From: a virus
Taxonomy: Duplodnaviria > Heunggongvirae > Uroviricota > Caudoviricetes
DNA length: 24,461 nt
Virus record (IMG/VR): IMGVR_UViG_2541047952_000002
Strand: one strand, 5' to 3'
Shown piece by piece: positions 1-8,680 of this stretch. The notes below the pieces were generated by a model that was not told the origin of the DNA, searched no databases, and saw only the letters and a program-made list of their open reading frames with translations. Position numbers and translations under genes: made by a program. Numbering within the stretch: position 1 is the first letter of the stretch; every line of letters starts with the position of its first letter.

Positions 1-1053
1 TTACGGGGTAATGCCAACCGCTGCCGCCACTTTGTCGCCACTTGGCAGCGTTGCCAGAGGATTGAAACGGAGCGCCGTTTCCAGATGATCCGGTGCCAGA
101 TGTGCGTAACGCATAGTCATTTTTATATCGTGATGTCCGAGGATTTTTTGCAAAGCAAGGATATTTCCACCCGACATCATGAAATGCGCCGCAAACGTAT
201 GGCGCAGAACGTGTGTCAGTTGACCGCGAGGGAGCACGATAGACGTTTTTTCCATCACGGATAAAAATTGAAAATAGCAGTCTGTAAAGAAATTGAACCC
301 ATCAAGCGCCATGATCTCTTCGTAAAGCTCTTTACTGATAGGGATGCTCCTGTTTTTCTTCCCCTTCGTTCTTACAAAGGTAATTCGGTATTTGGTCACC
401 TGTGAGCGGGTAAGATTTATTGCTTCTCGCCAGCGTGCGCCTGTGCTTAGGCATATCTTGACTACCAGTGCCAGAATTGGGTTCTGACGTTTGCAGTCAG
501 ACAGTAATTCGATAATCTGCTCATGTGTAAGCCATGCCATTTCCTTTTCTGCGATAGTGAATTTGCGCATCTTCTCTAATGGGTTTGGAAGTGTCCATTC
601 ACCCAGGCGGGAAAGTTCTCTGAAAACGCTGCTTAGATGGCTTTGCTCCAGGTTAACAGTAACTGGGCTTGCTCCTTTCTTCCATTTTTCACTGAAGTAG
701 ATTTCACCAGTAAGGCGTTTATCGCGATAGTGAGCAAACATTTTTGAGGTGAGATCAGTTGCAAGGGGATTTCCCAAGGCGTCAACCATCAACAGCAGCT
801 TGTTGTAGACATTCTGTCCGGCAGTAAGAGATTTGCCATGTAATTTGAACCATAGCTCAACCATATCTTTCAGTGTCCGACGATCCACTGATTCGCCCAG
901 CCAGGGCTTTGCTTCTATTTCCCCCATGGTGTATCGCTCGAAGGCCAGTGCTTCGCCTTTGGTGGCGAATTGTTTACGCACACGACGCCCATTACGTCCG
1001 GCGGGGTAACATTCGCAAAGCCATTTCCCTGTGGTGAGTTTTCGTACTGCCAT
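1..1053 (-). CDS. int: Tyrosine site-specific integrase (P2/186 Int family)
   Basis: ORF 1..1209 (-). C-terminal 'HVLRHTFAAHFMMSGGNILALQKILGHHDIKMTMRYAHL' fits the tyrosine recombinase H-x-x-R ... Y catalytic signature. N-terminal 'GRNGRRVRKQFATKGEALAFE' resembles P2 Int. Start moved to in-frame ATG at 1051-1053 (~350 aa) preceded by GGAGGG; the 52-codon upstream extension to 1209 is probably non-coding. Confidence 0.88.
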   Translation of the reverse strand: MAVRKLTTGKWLCECYPAGRNGRRVRKQFATKGEALAFERYTMGEIEAKPWLGESVDRRTLKDMVELWFKLHGKSLTAGQNVYNKLLLMVDALGNPLATDLTSKMFAHYRDKRLTGEIYFSEKWKKGASPVTVNLEQSHLSSVFRELSRLGEWTLPNPLEKMRKFTIAEKEMAWLTHEQIIELLSDCKRQNPILALVVKICLSTGARWREAINLTRSQVTKYRITFVRTKGKKNRSIPISKELYEEIMALDGFNFFTDCYFQFLSVMEKTSIVLPRGQLTHVLRHTFAAHFMMSGGNILALQKILGHHDIKMTMRYAHLAPDHLETALRFNPLATLPSGDKVAAAVGITP

Positions 1054-1241
1054 AAAAAATGCCCTCCAGTAGAGAGCATTTTCACTGTATGTATAACCAG
1101 TGTCAATGTATGAAATCCTACGACCATACATCTCACTGAAGCCATAATTAAGTTGGCTATTCTTTTTGCTATGTGAGCATGTAACTTTTGCGGTTAACCT
1201 GCGGCTCATTTTTATTTTAGGCGCAGATATAAAAGCAAAAG

Positions 1242-1433
1242 TTATCGTGAGTTTTTAGTACAGATTTTTTTGGATTTACTAATAGTTCCATCATTGCAAA
1301 CGAATTTGCCATCTGAGGTACAGTGAGAAACACCTCCCTTTTTCCCTGAACAGGGATAATTTCTAGCATAGGTAGTTAGTGGGTTTAATAACAAAGAACA
1401 TGACAAAACCACAAAAAATACCTTACCAAGCAT
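1242..1433 (-). CDS. Small secreted Cys-rich protein (63 aa), hypothetical; moron candidate between cI and int
   Basis: ORF with strong RBS (GGGAGGA ~6 nt upstream of ATG at 1431-1433). N-terminal hydrophobic signal-peptide-like segment '[23 protein letters not shown]', then a basic mature part with 4 Cys. AT-rich relative to flanking int. Confidence 0.45.
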   Translation of the reverse strand: MLGKVFFVVLSCSLLLNPLTTYARNYPCSGKKGGVSHCTSDGKFVCNDGTISKSKKICTKNSR

Positions 1434-1448
1434 AGTTTCCTCCCGGTA

Positions 1449-2024
1449 CTATTTAACATACTTGACTGTTAAACTTATAATTTTACCAATTATTTCAATG
1501 TCTTCTATCTTGCATTCGAAGGCTCTGTTTCCACCCTCGACGAAGATTCTTCCACCGGGTAAACGAGTAATGTCACGGATCGTTATTTCGCCATCAATAC
1601 TTATTACCCATTTACCATCACGTATATCATCAAATTCCTTATCACAAATAAATTCAGAATTATTATCTGTGATTACAAAAAGATTCTTGAATGCCGACGG
1701 TAGAAATTCCCTATCGAAAATATAAAAACCGTCTTCACACAAGGCCCCATCAGATAATACATATTTAGCAACTTCCATAGTATTTGTATTACCTGAAGTT
1801 TGCTTTGAACCATGCCCGGTTGTGAGCCAATTAAGCGAGGTGCCCGTTTCAAGGGCGCACTGGATTACCCATTCTGCGGGGAATGAGTCACGCATGTAAC
1901 GTGTGGCGAGTGTACTTTTAGAGATTCCTAAATGATCGCACAACGCCTGTCGAGTCTTGAATCCATAAGCTTCTACCATGCGCTCTATAGCGCCTCGTCC
2001 GCCTTTCTCCAAATTCATGGTCAC
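1449..2024 (-). CDS. cI: Phage immunity repressor, 186 CI-like (HTH N-terminal domain + C-terminal domain)
   Basis: 191 aa, divergent from the cox-like early operon and directly upstream of int. N-terminal HTH-like segment 'AYGFKTRQALCDHLGISKSTLATRYMR'. Size matches 186 CI (~190 aa), not P2 C (~99 aa). Confidence 0.7.
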   Translation of the reverse strand: MTMNLEKGGRGAIERMVEAYGFKTRQALCDHLGISKSTLATRYMRDSFPAEWVIQCALETGTSLNWLTTGHGSKQTSGNTNTMEVAKYVLSDGALCEDGFYIFDREFLPSAFKNLFVITDNNSEFICDKEFDDIRDGKWVISIDGEITIRDITRLPGGRIFVEGGNRAFECKIEDIEIIGKIISLTVKYVK

Positions 2025-2042
2025 TCCAAGTGAACTTTTGTC

Positions 2043-2071
2043 TTGACGATTTCACTGTACGATCGTATGTT
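2043..2071 (+). promoter_or_regulatory. Candidate early lytic promoter (pR-like) in the cI/cox divergent switch region
   Basis: TTGACG (2043-2048), 17-bp spacer, TATGTT (2066-2071), ~70 bp upstream of the cox-like ATG. Region 2025-2143 also contains GTGAA/TTCAC inverted-repeat elements that could be operators. Confidence 0.45.
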
Positions 2072-2143
2072 TATGGTGTTCACAAAATACAAACGATCCG
2101 TATTCGTCCTGATTAATCATCATTAAACGAGGAATGTTGCATC

Positions 2144-2365
2144 ATGAGACCTAACATTTCAATCACTCTTACCACGCCTCATGTGACTATTGAACGCTAT
2201 AGCGAGCTGACAGGGCTGTCCATCGATACCATCAATGACATGTTGGCTGATGGACGCCTTATCCGTCACCGTTTGCGCAAAGATAAAAAACGCGAAAAAG
2301 TGATGATCAACATAGCAGCCATGACCGTTGATGCGCTTTCAGAATGCAATCTAAACCTTAATTAG
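2144..2365 (+). CDS. Cox/Apl-like excisionase and transcriptional regulator (small HTH protein)
   Basis: 73-aa first gene of the early rightward operon, divergent from cI. HTH-like '[26 protein letters not shown]'. Position is identical to P2 cox / 186 apl. Confidence 0.6.
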   Translation: MRPNISITLTTPHVTIERYSELTGLSIDTINDMLADGRLIRHRLRKDKKREKVMINIAAMTVDALSECNLNLN

Positions 2366-2391
2366 TTCGATTCTGAAATACATCAGAGGCA

Positions 2392-2907
2392 TTGACCATG
2401 TTTGATTACCAAGTTTCCAAACATCCACATTTTGATGAAGCCTGTCGTGCATTCGCACTGCGCCACAATCTGGTGCAACTGGCAGAACGTGCAGGCATGA
2501 ATGTGCAGATTCTGCGGAACAAACTGAACCCAGCTCAACCTCATTTATTAACCGCACCAGAAATTTGGTTGCTTACCGATCTGACTGAAGATTCAACGCT
2601 GGTAGATGGTTTTCTGGCACAGATTCATTGTCTGCCATGTGTTCCGATTAATGAGGTGGCAAAAGAGAAACTACCGCATTACGTCATGAGTGCAACTGCA
2701 GAGATAGGTCGTGTCGCGGCAGGTGCGGTTTCTGGAGATGTAAAAACCAGTGCAGGCCGTCGTGATGCTATCAGCAGCATTAACTCTGTTACACGACTGA
2801 TGGCGCTGGCTGCTGTTTCATTGCAGGCCCGTTTACAGGCTAATCCTGCGATGGCGAGTGCAGTTGATACCATGACCGGCCTTGGTGCTTCATTCGGTTT
2901 GCTGTGA
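2392..2907 (+). CDS. Phage regulatory protein, 186 CII-like (HTH)
   Basis: 171 aa, second gene of the early operon. HTH-like '[19 protein letters not shown]'. Size and position match 186 CII (~169 aa). Confidence 0.55.
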   Translation: MTMFDYQVSKHPHFDEACRAFALRHNLVQLAERAGMNVQILRNKLNPAQPHLLTAPEIWLLTDLTEDSTLVDGFLAQIHCLPCVPINEVAKEKLPHYVMSATAEIGRVAAGAVSGDVKTSAGRRDAISSINSVTRLMALAAVSLQARLQANPAMASAVDTMTGLGASFGLL

Positions 2908-2914
2908 GGTGCTT

Positions 2915-3115
2915 ATGCTTACGAAAGAACCATCATTTGCATCGCTGCTGGTTAAACAAAGCCCGGCAATGCACTACGGTCACGGCTGGATCATGGGTGA
3001 GGATGGTAAACGCTGGCATCCGTGCCGTTCACAGGATGAATTGCTGGCAGAACTATCAACGAAAAAACGGGGGAACCAATGGCTATTGAAGGCGCTGCGG
3101 CGACTGTTCCATTAA
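2915..3115 (+). CDS. Hypothetical early-operon protein (66 aa)
   Basis: ORF 2882..3115 trimmed to ATG at 2915 with GAGG upstream. Protein-like composition. Overlaps the next ORF by 37 nt, so one of the two starts may be wrong. Confidence 0.35.
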   Translation: MLTKEPSFASLLVKQSPAMHYGHGWIMGEDGKRWHPCRSQDELLAELSTKKRGNQWLLKALRRLFH

Positions 3116-3420
3116 GACCCGGTGAACGCCTGAATGGACTTAATCATATTGCGGAGTTAAGGGCGAAAGTTTTTGGCCTGAATATTGAGTCAGAGCTTGA
3201 GCGGTTTATTAAAGATATGCGTGATCCACGGGATATCAATAATGAACAAAATAAACGGGCACTGGCTGCCATATTCTTTATGGCAAAAATTCCAGCTGAA
3301 CGTCATAGCATCAGCATTAATGAGCTGACCACTGACGAAAAGCGGGAGTTGATTAAAGCAATGAATCATTTTCGTGCAGTGGTGAGCTTATTTCCCAGAC
3401 GGCTAACCATGCCGAATTAA
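3079..3420 (+). CDS. Hypothetical early-operon protein (113 aa)
   Basis: ORF with GGGGGA upstream of ATG, in operon orientation. No recognisable motif. Confidence 0.45.
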   Translation: MAIEGAAATVPLRPGERLNGLNHIAELRAKVFGLNIESELERFIKDMRDPRDINNEQNKRALAAIFFMAKIPAERHSISINELTTDEKRELIKAMNHFRAVVSLFPRRLTMPN

Positions 3421-3487
3421 CCAACTAATGAAATTAATGGCGTAAACCCGCCGGGCATCCCTTTATCTAAATTCAGGAGAATTGATT

Positions 3488-3721
3488 ATGCGTAATATTG
3501 AAACCCTCTCGACCAAAACCGGACCGGATGACGCAGGGCTTAATATTTTACTGACAGAGGCTCGTCTGGAAGAACGCCGGGCAAGGGCTGAAGCAATGGC
3601 AGCTCGCCTTGATAGCCTGGCGTGTCATATCACATCCCGCCAGCTAACCCACGTCGAAGCGGCAGAACTGCTTCGTGTGACTGCTGAAGCAATCCAGAAC
3701 GAAGTGCAGGAGATCCACTAA
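3488..3721 (+). CDS. Hypothetical early-operon protein (77 aa)
   Basis: ORF 3482..3721 (TTG) trimmed to ATG 3488, 7 nt after AGGAGA (3475-3480). Stop overlaps next start (TAATG). Confidence 0.5.
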   Translation: MRNIETLSTKTGPDDAGLNILLTEARLEERRARAEAMAARLDSLACHITSRQLTHVEAAELLRVTAEAIQNEVQEIH

Positions 3722-3948
3722 TGGCTGATGCAATGGATCTCGTACAGCAGCGCGTTGAAGAAGAACGCCAACGCCATATCCGTGCTGCCCGTGCCAAAAC
3801 GCCGGGCGTGTCCCGCGTGCTTTGCATTGAGTGTGAAGCGCCAATTCCGCCAGCACGCCGCCGTGCCATTCCGGGTGTGCAGCTTTGCATTACCTGTCAG
3901 GAAATCGCAGAGCTGAAAGGCAAACATTACAACGGAGGTGCTGTATGA
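3721..3948 (+). CDS. TraR/DksA-family C4 zinc-finger protein
   Basis: 75 aa with C-x2-C...C-x2-C ('CIECEAPIPPARRRAIPGVQLCITCQ'), typical of the phage/plasmid TraR/DksA zinc-finger family. Translationally coupled to flanking genes. Confidence 0.7.
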   Translation: MADAMDLVQQRVEEERQRHIRAARAKTPGVSRVLCIECEAPIPPARRRAIPGVQLCITCQEIAELKGKHYNGGAV

Positions 3949-4802
3949 GCACCATCCTGAAATGGGCGGGAAATAAAACTGCCATAATGTCCGAACTGAA
4001 AAAACATCTTCCTGCTGGCCCGCGACTGGTTGAACCTTTCGCGGGTTCCTGTGCTGTGATGATGGAGACGGATTATCCCAGCTATCTGGTTGCGGATATT
4101 AATCCTGATTTAATCAACATCTATAAAAAGGTTGCCGCTGATTGTGAATCGTTTATATCTCGCGCCAGAGTTTTATTTAAGGAAGCAAACAGGGAGGTGG
4201 CTTATTACAACATAAGGCAGGAGTTTAATTACTCAACTGAAATTACTGATTTCATGAAAGCGGTATATTTCCTGTATCTCAATCGTCACGGTTACCGTGG
4301 TTTATGTCGCTATAACAAGAGCGGGCATTTCAACATTCCCTACGGTAATTATAAAAATCCGTATTTCCCTGAAAAAGAAATTCGCGCATTTGCAGAAAAG
4401 GCCCAGCGAGCAACGTTTATCTGCGCCAGCTTTGATGAAACGCTGGCGATGTTGAAGGCGGGGGATGTGGTGTATTGCGATCCGCCGTATGACGGTACGT
4501 TTTCCGGCTATCACACTGACGGCTTCACTGAAGATGACCAGTATCACCTGGCATCTGTTCTTGAACATCGGTCATCAGAAGGACATCCGGTCATTGTTTC
4601 TAACAGTGACACATCCCTGATCCGTTCGCTGTATCGCAATTTTACTCACCACTACATCAAGGCAAAACGCAGCATCGGTGTGGCAGCTGGCGAGGGTAAA
4701 TCAGCAACAGAAATCATTGCTGTTTCCGGGCCGCGCTGCTGGGTGGGATTTGATTATTCGCGTGGCGTGGATAGTTCTGCCGTGTACGGAGTACGTGCAT
4801 GA
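3945..4802 (+). CDS. dam: DNA adenine methyltransferase, Dam-like (N6-adenine MTase; GATC specificity inferred)
   Basis: ORF 3885..4802 trimmed to ATG 3945 (GGAGG 6 nt upstream, overlaps preceding stop). Motifs 'LKWAGNK', 'EPFAGS' (AdoMet binding), '[16 protein letters not shown]', 'PYFPE', 'FAEKAQ', 'VVYCDPPY' (catalytic DPPY), 'VSNSDT' are collinear with E. coli Dam as I recall it. Confidence 0.85.
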   Translation: MSTILKWAGNKTAIMSELKKHLPAGPRLVEPFAGSCAVMMETDYPSYLVADINPDLINIYKKVAADCESFISRARVLFKEANREVAYYNIRQEFNYSTEITDFMKAVYFLYLNRHGYRGLCRYNKSGHFNIPYGNYKNPYFPEKEIRAFAEKAQRATFICASFDETLAMLKAGDVVYCDPPYDGTFSGYHTDGFTEDDQYHLASVLEHRSSEGHPVIVSNSDTSLIRSLYRNFTHHYIKAKRSIGVAAGEGKSATEIIAVSGPRCWVGFDYSRGVDSSAVYGVRA

Positions 4803-7213
4803 GTCATGCCGATATGAACAACTGCTGCGGCTTTAACGAAGCTGCCGCATCGTTCTCATGGAACAGCCCGAAAAAGGCCATTAACCCTTATCTGGACCCG
4901 GTGGAAGTTGCGCCGGTTTCTACGCTTTCAAACCTGATCACTCTGTACGCTGCCGATAACGAGCAGGAACAGCTGCGCCGTGAGGCGCTGAGTGATCAGG
5001 TCTGGGAGCGTTATTTCTTTAATGAATCCCGTGATCCTGTCCAGCGCGAAATGGAACAGGATAAGCTCATTAGTCGGGCAAAGCTGGCGCATGAGCAGCA
5101 GCGTTTTAATCCGGATATGGTCATTCTGGCGGACGTCAACGCCCAGCCCTCCCATATCAGCAAGCCGCTGATGCAACGTATTGAATATTTCAGCAGCCTG
5201 GGCAGGCCAAAGGCTTATTCCCGCTATTTGCGTGAGACGATTAAGCCATGTCTGGAACGACTGGAGCATGTCCGCGACTGTCAGCTATCCACTTCTTTTC
5301 GCTTTATGGCAAGCCATGAAGGGCTGGATGGCCTGCTTATCCTGCCTGAAATGAGTCAGGATCAGGTGAAGCGCCTGTCTACCCTTGTCGCTGCGCATAT
5401 GAGCATGTGCCTTGATGCCGCTTGTGGTGATTTGTATGCCACCGATGACGTTAAGCCAGAGGAAATCCGCAAAACATGGGAAAAGGTGGCAGCGGAAACC
5501 CTGCGTCTGGATGTTATTCCGCCTGCGTTTGAGCAACTCCGTCGGAAAAGAAACCGCCGTAAACCCGTGCCCTATGAACTCATTCCGGGTTCGTTGGCGC
5601 GTATGTTGTGTGCCGACTGGTGGTATCGGAAATTATGGAAGATGCGTTGCGAATGGCGGGAAGAGCAGTTGCGTGCTGTCTGCCTGGTCAGCAAAAAAGC
5701 ATCCCCCTATGTCAGCTATGAAGCCGTGATGCATAAACGTGAGCAGCGCCGTAAGTCGCTGGAGTTTTTCCGTTCTCATGAACTGGTGAACGAAGACGGC
5801 GACACGCTGGATATGGAAGATGTGGTAAACGCCAGCAGCAGCAACCCGGCGCATCGCCGCAATGAGATGATGGCCTGTGTTAAAGGTCTGGAGCTTATCG
5901 CGGAAATGCGCAGTGACTGCGCCGTTTTCTACACTATCACCTGTCCGTCGCGTTTCCATTCCACGCTCAATAACGGCAGACCCAACCCGACCTGGACAAA
6001 CTCGACGGTAAGACAAAGCAGCGACTATCTGGTCGGCATGTTTGCTGCATTTCGTAAGGCGATGCACAAAGCCGGATTGCGCTGGTATGGCGTGCGGGTG
6101 GCTGAGCCGCATCATGACGGTACAGTTCACTGGCACCTGTTGTGTTTTATGCGCAAAAAAGACCGCCGCGCCATCACTGCATTACTGCGTAAGTTTGCCA
6201 TCCGTGAAGACCGCGAGGAGCTGGGCAATAACACTGGGCCGCGCTTTAAGTCTGAGTTGATTAACCCGCGCAAAGGAACGCCGACAAGCTACATCGCGAA
6301 ATATATCAGTAAGAACATTGACGGGCGTGGTCTGGCTGGCGAGATCAGCAAGGAAACGGGTAAATCTCTGCGTGATAACGCTGAATACGTTAATGCCTGG
6401 GCGTCTCTGCATCGTGTTCAGCAATTCCGCTTCTTTGGCATTCCGGGGCGTCAGGCTTACCGTGAACTGCGATTGCTGGCTGGTCAGGCGGCAAGGCAAC
6501 AGGGTGACAAAAAAGCAGGTGCTCCGGTACTGGATAACCCGCGCCTTGATGCCATTCTGGCTGCTGCTGATGCTGGCTGTTTTGCCACCTACATTATGAA
6601 GCAGGGCGGCGTGTTGGTTCCCCGCAAATATCACTTGATCAGAACCGCTTATGAAATCAACGAAGAGCCGACCGCCTATGGCGATCACGGCATTCGTATT
6701 TATGGCATCTGGTCACCCATTGCAGAGGGCAAGATCTGCACTCATGCAGTGAAGTGGAAAATGGTTCGTAAGGCCGTTGACGTTCAGGAGGCGGCAGCCG
6801 ACCAGGGCGCTTGCGCCCCTTGGACTCGTGGCAATAACTGTCCCCTTGCTGAAAATTTGTACCAACAAGGGAAAGACAAATCAGCTGATGGAGATACCAG
6901 AACGGATATCACCCGCATGGATGACAAGGAGTTGCACGATTACCTGCACAGTATGAGCAAAAAAGAGCGCCGGGAACTGGCTGCAAGGTTACGCCTGGTG
7001 AAACCGAAACGGCGTAAAGACTACAAACAGCGAATTACAGACCATCAGCGACAGCAGCTCGTCTATGAACTGGAGTCCAGAGGATTTAATGGCAGCGAGA
7101 AAGAGGTCGATTTACTCCTTCGCGGCGGCAGTATTCCGTCAGGAGCAGGTCTGCGTATCTTCTATCGGAACCAGCGTTTGCAGGAAGATGATAAGTGGCG
7201 AAACCTGTATTAA
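4799..7213 (+). CDS. A: Replication initiation endonuclease gpA (HUH rolling-circle initiator)
   Basis: 804 aa. Start ATG overlaps dam stop (ATGA). HUH motif '[15 protein letters not shown]' and catalytic tyrosine motif '[11 protein letters not shown]' as in P2 A. Confidence 0.9.
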   Translation: MSHADMNNCCGFNEAAASFSWNSPKKAINPYLDPVEVAPVSTLSNLITLYAADNEQEQLRREALSDQVWERYFFNESRDPVQREMEQDKLISRAKLAHEQQRFNPDMVILADVNAQPSHISKPLMQRIEYFSSLGRPKAYSRYLRETIKPCLERLEHVRDCQLSTSFRFMASHEGLDGLLILPEMSQDQVKRLSTLVAAHMSMCLDAACGDLYATDDVKPEEIRKTWEKVAAETLRLDVIPPAFEQLRRKRNRRKPVPYELIPGSLARMLCADWWYRKLWKMRCEWREEQLRAVCLVSKKASPYVSYEAVMHKREQRRKSLEFFRSHELVNEDGDTLDMEDVVNASSSNPAHRRNEMMACVKGLELIAEMRSDCAVFYTITCPSRFHSTLNNGRPNPTWTNSTVRQSSDYLVGMFAAFRKAMHKAGLRWYGVRVAEPHHDGTVHWHLLCFMRKKDRRAITALLRKFAIREDREELGNNTGPRFKSELINPRKGTPTSYIAKYISKNIDGRGLAGEISKETGKSLRDNAEYVNAWASLHRVQQFRFFGIPGRQAYRELRLLAGQAARQQGDKKAGAPVLDNPRLDAILAAADAGCFATYIMKQGGVLVPRKYHLIRTAYEINEEPTAYGDHGIRIYGIWSPIAEGKICTHAVKWKMVRKAVDVQEAAADQGACAPWTRGNNCPLAENLYQQGKDKSADGDTRTDITRMDDKELHDYLHSMSKKERRELAARLRLVKPKRRKDYKQRITDHQRQQLVYELESRGFNGSEKEVDLLLRGGSIPSGAGLRIFYRNQRLQEDDKWRNLY

Positions 7214-7305
7214 TTACGAGGGTTAACAATTCGTGCTCTTAATAATACCAGGCATATCAGGCTGATGAACGTAAAAAAACGTTTTACATCAGTAAGATTA
7301 TTATA

Positions 7306-7325
7306 TACTGTAAATATAAACAGTG
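7306..7325 (+). promoter_or_regulatory. LexA (SOS) box upstream of the tum/DinI-like module
   Basis: TACTGTAAATATAAACAGTG contains CTGT-N8-ACAG and matches 17 of 20 positions of the consensus TACTGTATATATATACAGTA. It lies 42 bp upstream of ATG 7367, with TTTACA (7283-7288) as a possible -35. Confidence 0.6.
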
Positions 7326-7366
7326 GTTATGTATACAGTATTGCTTGTGGTGTCATAGGAGGAAAG

Positions 7367-7555
7367 ATGCAGGACTATTTTTTGGAGTCTTTGAAGCTCC
7401 AGCGCATTGATTTTTTTCTTAAGCTTGTAGCGGCTAGTGAGTGTAGTGATGAAGAGAAGGGGCTGGCTTTGCAGTGGGTTTCTGAACTGACAGATGAACT
7501 CATGGCAAAAATCAGAAGCCACGAATACAACCGCTCAATGGATGTCATCAGCTGA
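7367..7555 (+). CDS. Hypothetical small protein (62 aa), first gene of the LexA-controlled module; possible Tum-like antirepressor component
   Basis: ORF 7265..7555 trimmed to ATG 7367 preceded by GGAGGA. Position downstream of gene A and behind a LexA box parallels 186 tum. No motif recognised. Confidence 0.4.
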   Translation: MQDYFLESLKLQRIDFFLKLVAASECSDEEKGLALQWVSELTDELMAKIRSHEYNRSMDVIS

Positions 7556-7565
7556 GGGGACTTTT

Positions 7566-7799
7566 ATGCGCATTGAAATAATGATCGATAAAGAGCAGAA
7601 GATTAGCCAGTCTACCCTGGACGCCCTTGAATCCGAGCTTTACCGCAATCTGCGCCCCCTGTATCCCAAAACGGTAATTCGTATCCGTAAAGGTAGCTCT
7701 AACGGTGTGGAACTGACCGGACTGCAACTGGACGAAGAAAGGAAGCAAGTGATGAAAATTATGCAGAAGGTGTGGGAAGACGACAGCTGGCTGCATTAA
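7566..7799 (+). CDS. dinI: DinI-family protein
   Basis: ORF 7494..7799 trimmed to ATG 7566 (GAGGGGA upstream). 'MRIEIMIDKEQKISQSTLDALESELYRNL...' and C-terminal 'KVWEDDSWL' resemble E. coli DinI ('MRIEVTIAK...TWESADDWF'). Confidence 0.7.
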   Translation: MRIEIMIDKEQKISQSTLDALESELYRNLRPLYPKTVIRIRKGSSNGVELTGLQLDEERKQVMKIMQKVWEDDSWLH

Positions 7800-7807
7800 G
7801 AAACGTT

Positions 7808-7837
7808 GCCCCCAAGAGAATTTATTCTGATGGGGGC
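7808..7837. terminator. Hairpin between convergent dinI-like and GNAT genes (probable bidirectional terminator)
   Basis: GCCCCCAAGAGAAT-TT-ATTCTGATGGGGGC forms a long imperfect stem, followed by TAGTTTGGG. Confidence 0.45.
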
Positions 7838-7912
7838 TAGTTTGGGCAATGAGTGAAACAAGGCGTAAGGTGGTCGGCCTGTTGGCAGCGTTGAAAAGCG
7901 AAAGCCGCAATA

Positions 7913-8332
7913 CTATAAATTAGTTTTTATTAGATAGTGCCTTTGTGCTCCTGCTTTAGGGAAATCAGGTAATGACATTTGAAGTATATAACCCTGTTTT
8001 TCATAAAAGGGGAGCGCCTGGAAGCTAAATGTATCGACAAGGCCATGAATACAACCGTTCATCACACCTTCTTTCTCAGCCATGCTCATAAGTTTGCTAC
8101 CCAAACCGCCACTCCGTGTTGATTCACTCACCCAAAGATAATCAATACACAGCCATGGGCCTTTCCTGTTCGCAATTAATCCACCTACCATCTCGCCGAT
8201 TTCATTTCTGCAGTAAACACCGATCTGTCCATTTTTACTAAAATCGATAAACTGAGCATTATAGCTTCTTAGCCCAGCTAACAGTTCTTCTCTATCATAT
8301 TCAGTAACTTTATTAACTACTTGAATGTCCAT
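7913..8332 (-). CDS. GNAT-family N-acetyltransferase (139 aa), cargo gene
   Basis: Acetyl-CoA-binding-type motif '[17 protein letters not shown]' (R/Q-x-x-G-x-G/A), then 'FYEKQGY'. AT-rich, opposite strand to neighbours. Confidence 0.7.
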   Translation of the reverse strand: MDIQVVNKVTEYDREELLAGLRSYNAQFIDFSKNGQIGVYCRNEIGEMVGGLIANRKGPWLCIDYLWVSESTRSGGLGSKLMSMAEKEGVMNGCIHGLVDTFSFQALPFYEKQGYILQMSLPDFPKAGAQRHYLIKTNL

Positions 8333-8548
8333 ACATATCCGTTTTAGTGATTATTTTATTTAGTGCTAAATGTTATAGATAAGTTTCCTTTGTGTTTCAA
8401 TACATTGTTGTAAATTAAATCAATTTACCATTTCCAGGTCCGTTCCTTGCTCACAGCGAACCTTTACCTTTGTTAGCTCGAATGTGTCGTATTCAAACGG
8501 TCATTCAGATACGGATTTTCACTTCCCTTAGATTGTGCATGACTATGC

Positions 8549-8680
8549 CGCATGAATCTGCATGATCGTTTGAGGATCGTTTTTGCTAAGGCCCACCAGA
8601 ACTGGCGGGCTTTTGCGTAGATCATGCAGGTGCATGAAAACCACTACATAAAGCGGGCAGGCGTGGCGGGGATACGAGCG
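8549..8680. other. Candidate cos/packaging region: inverted repeats, terminator-like hairpin and a cos-like GGCGTGGCGGGGA motif
   Basis: GGCGTGGCGGGGA (8660-8672) matches the first 13 nt of the 186 cohesive end as I remember it (GGCGTGGCGGGGAAAGCAT; P2 GGCGAGGCGGGGAAAGCAC), then diverges. Upstream are a 17-nt imperfect inverted repeat (CATGAATCTGCATGATC 8551-8567 / GATCATGCAGGTGCATG 8620-8636) and a GC hairpin plus T-run (8591-8614). Confidence 0.3.

Noticed and set aside
1054-1209. 52-codon N-terminal extension of the integrase ORF (start at 1209)
   Set aside because: The segment has no similarity to integrase N-termini. The in-frame ATG at 1051-1053 gives a protein of typical P2-family Int length with an RBS, and its N-terminus matches the conserved 'GRNG..R.R..F' region.
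2882-3089. Alternative-frame ORF 2904..3089 (61 aa, Cys/Trp/His-rich) overlapping the cII-like 3' end
   Set aside because: Low-complexity composition and no RBS. The overlapping frame starting at ATG 2915 is more protein-like, though itself only moderately supported.
7326-7345. Possible second LexA box adjacent to the first (GTTATGTATACAGTATTGC)
   Set aside because: Only the right half-site (ACAGTA) is present; the left CTGT half is missing at the required spacing. It may contribute weakly but does not qualify as a LexA box.
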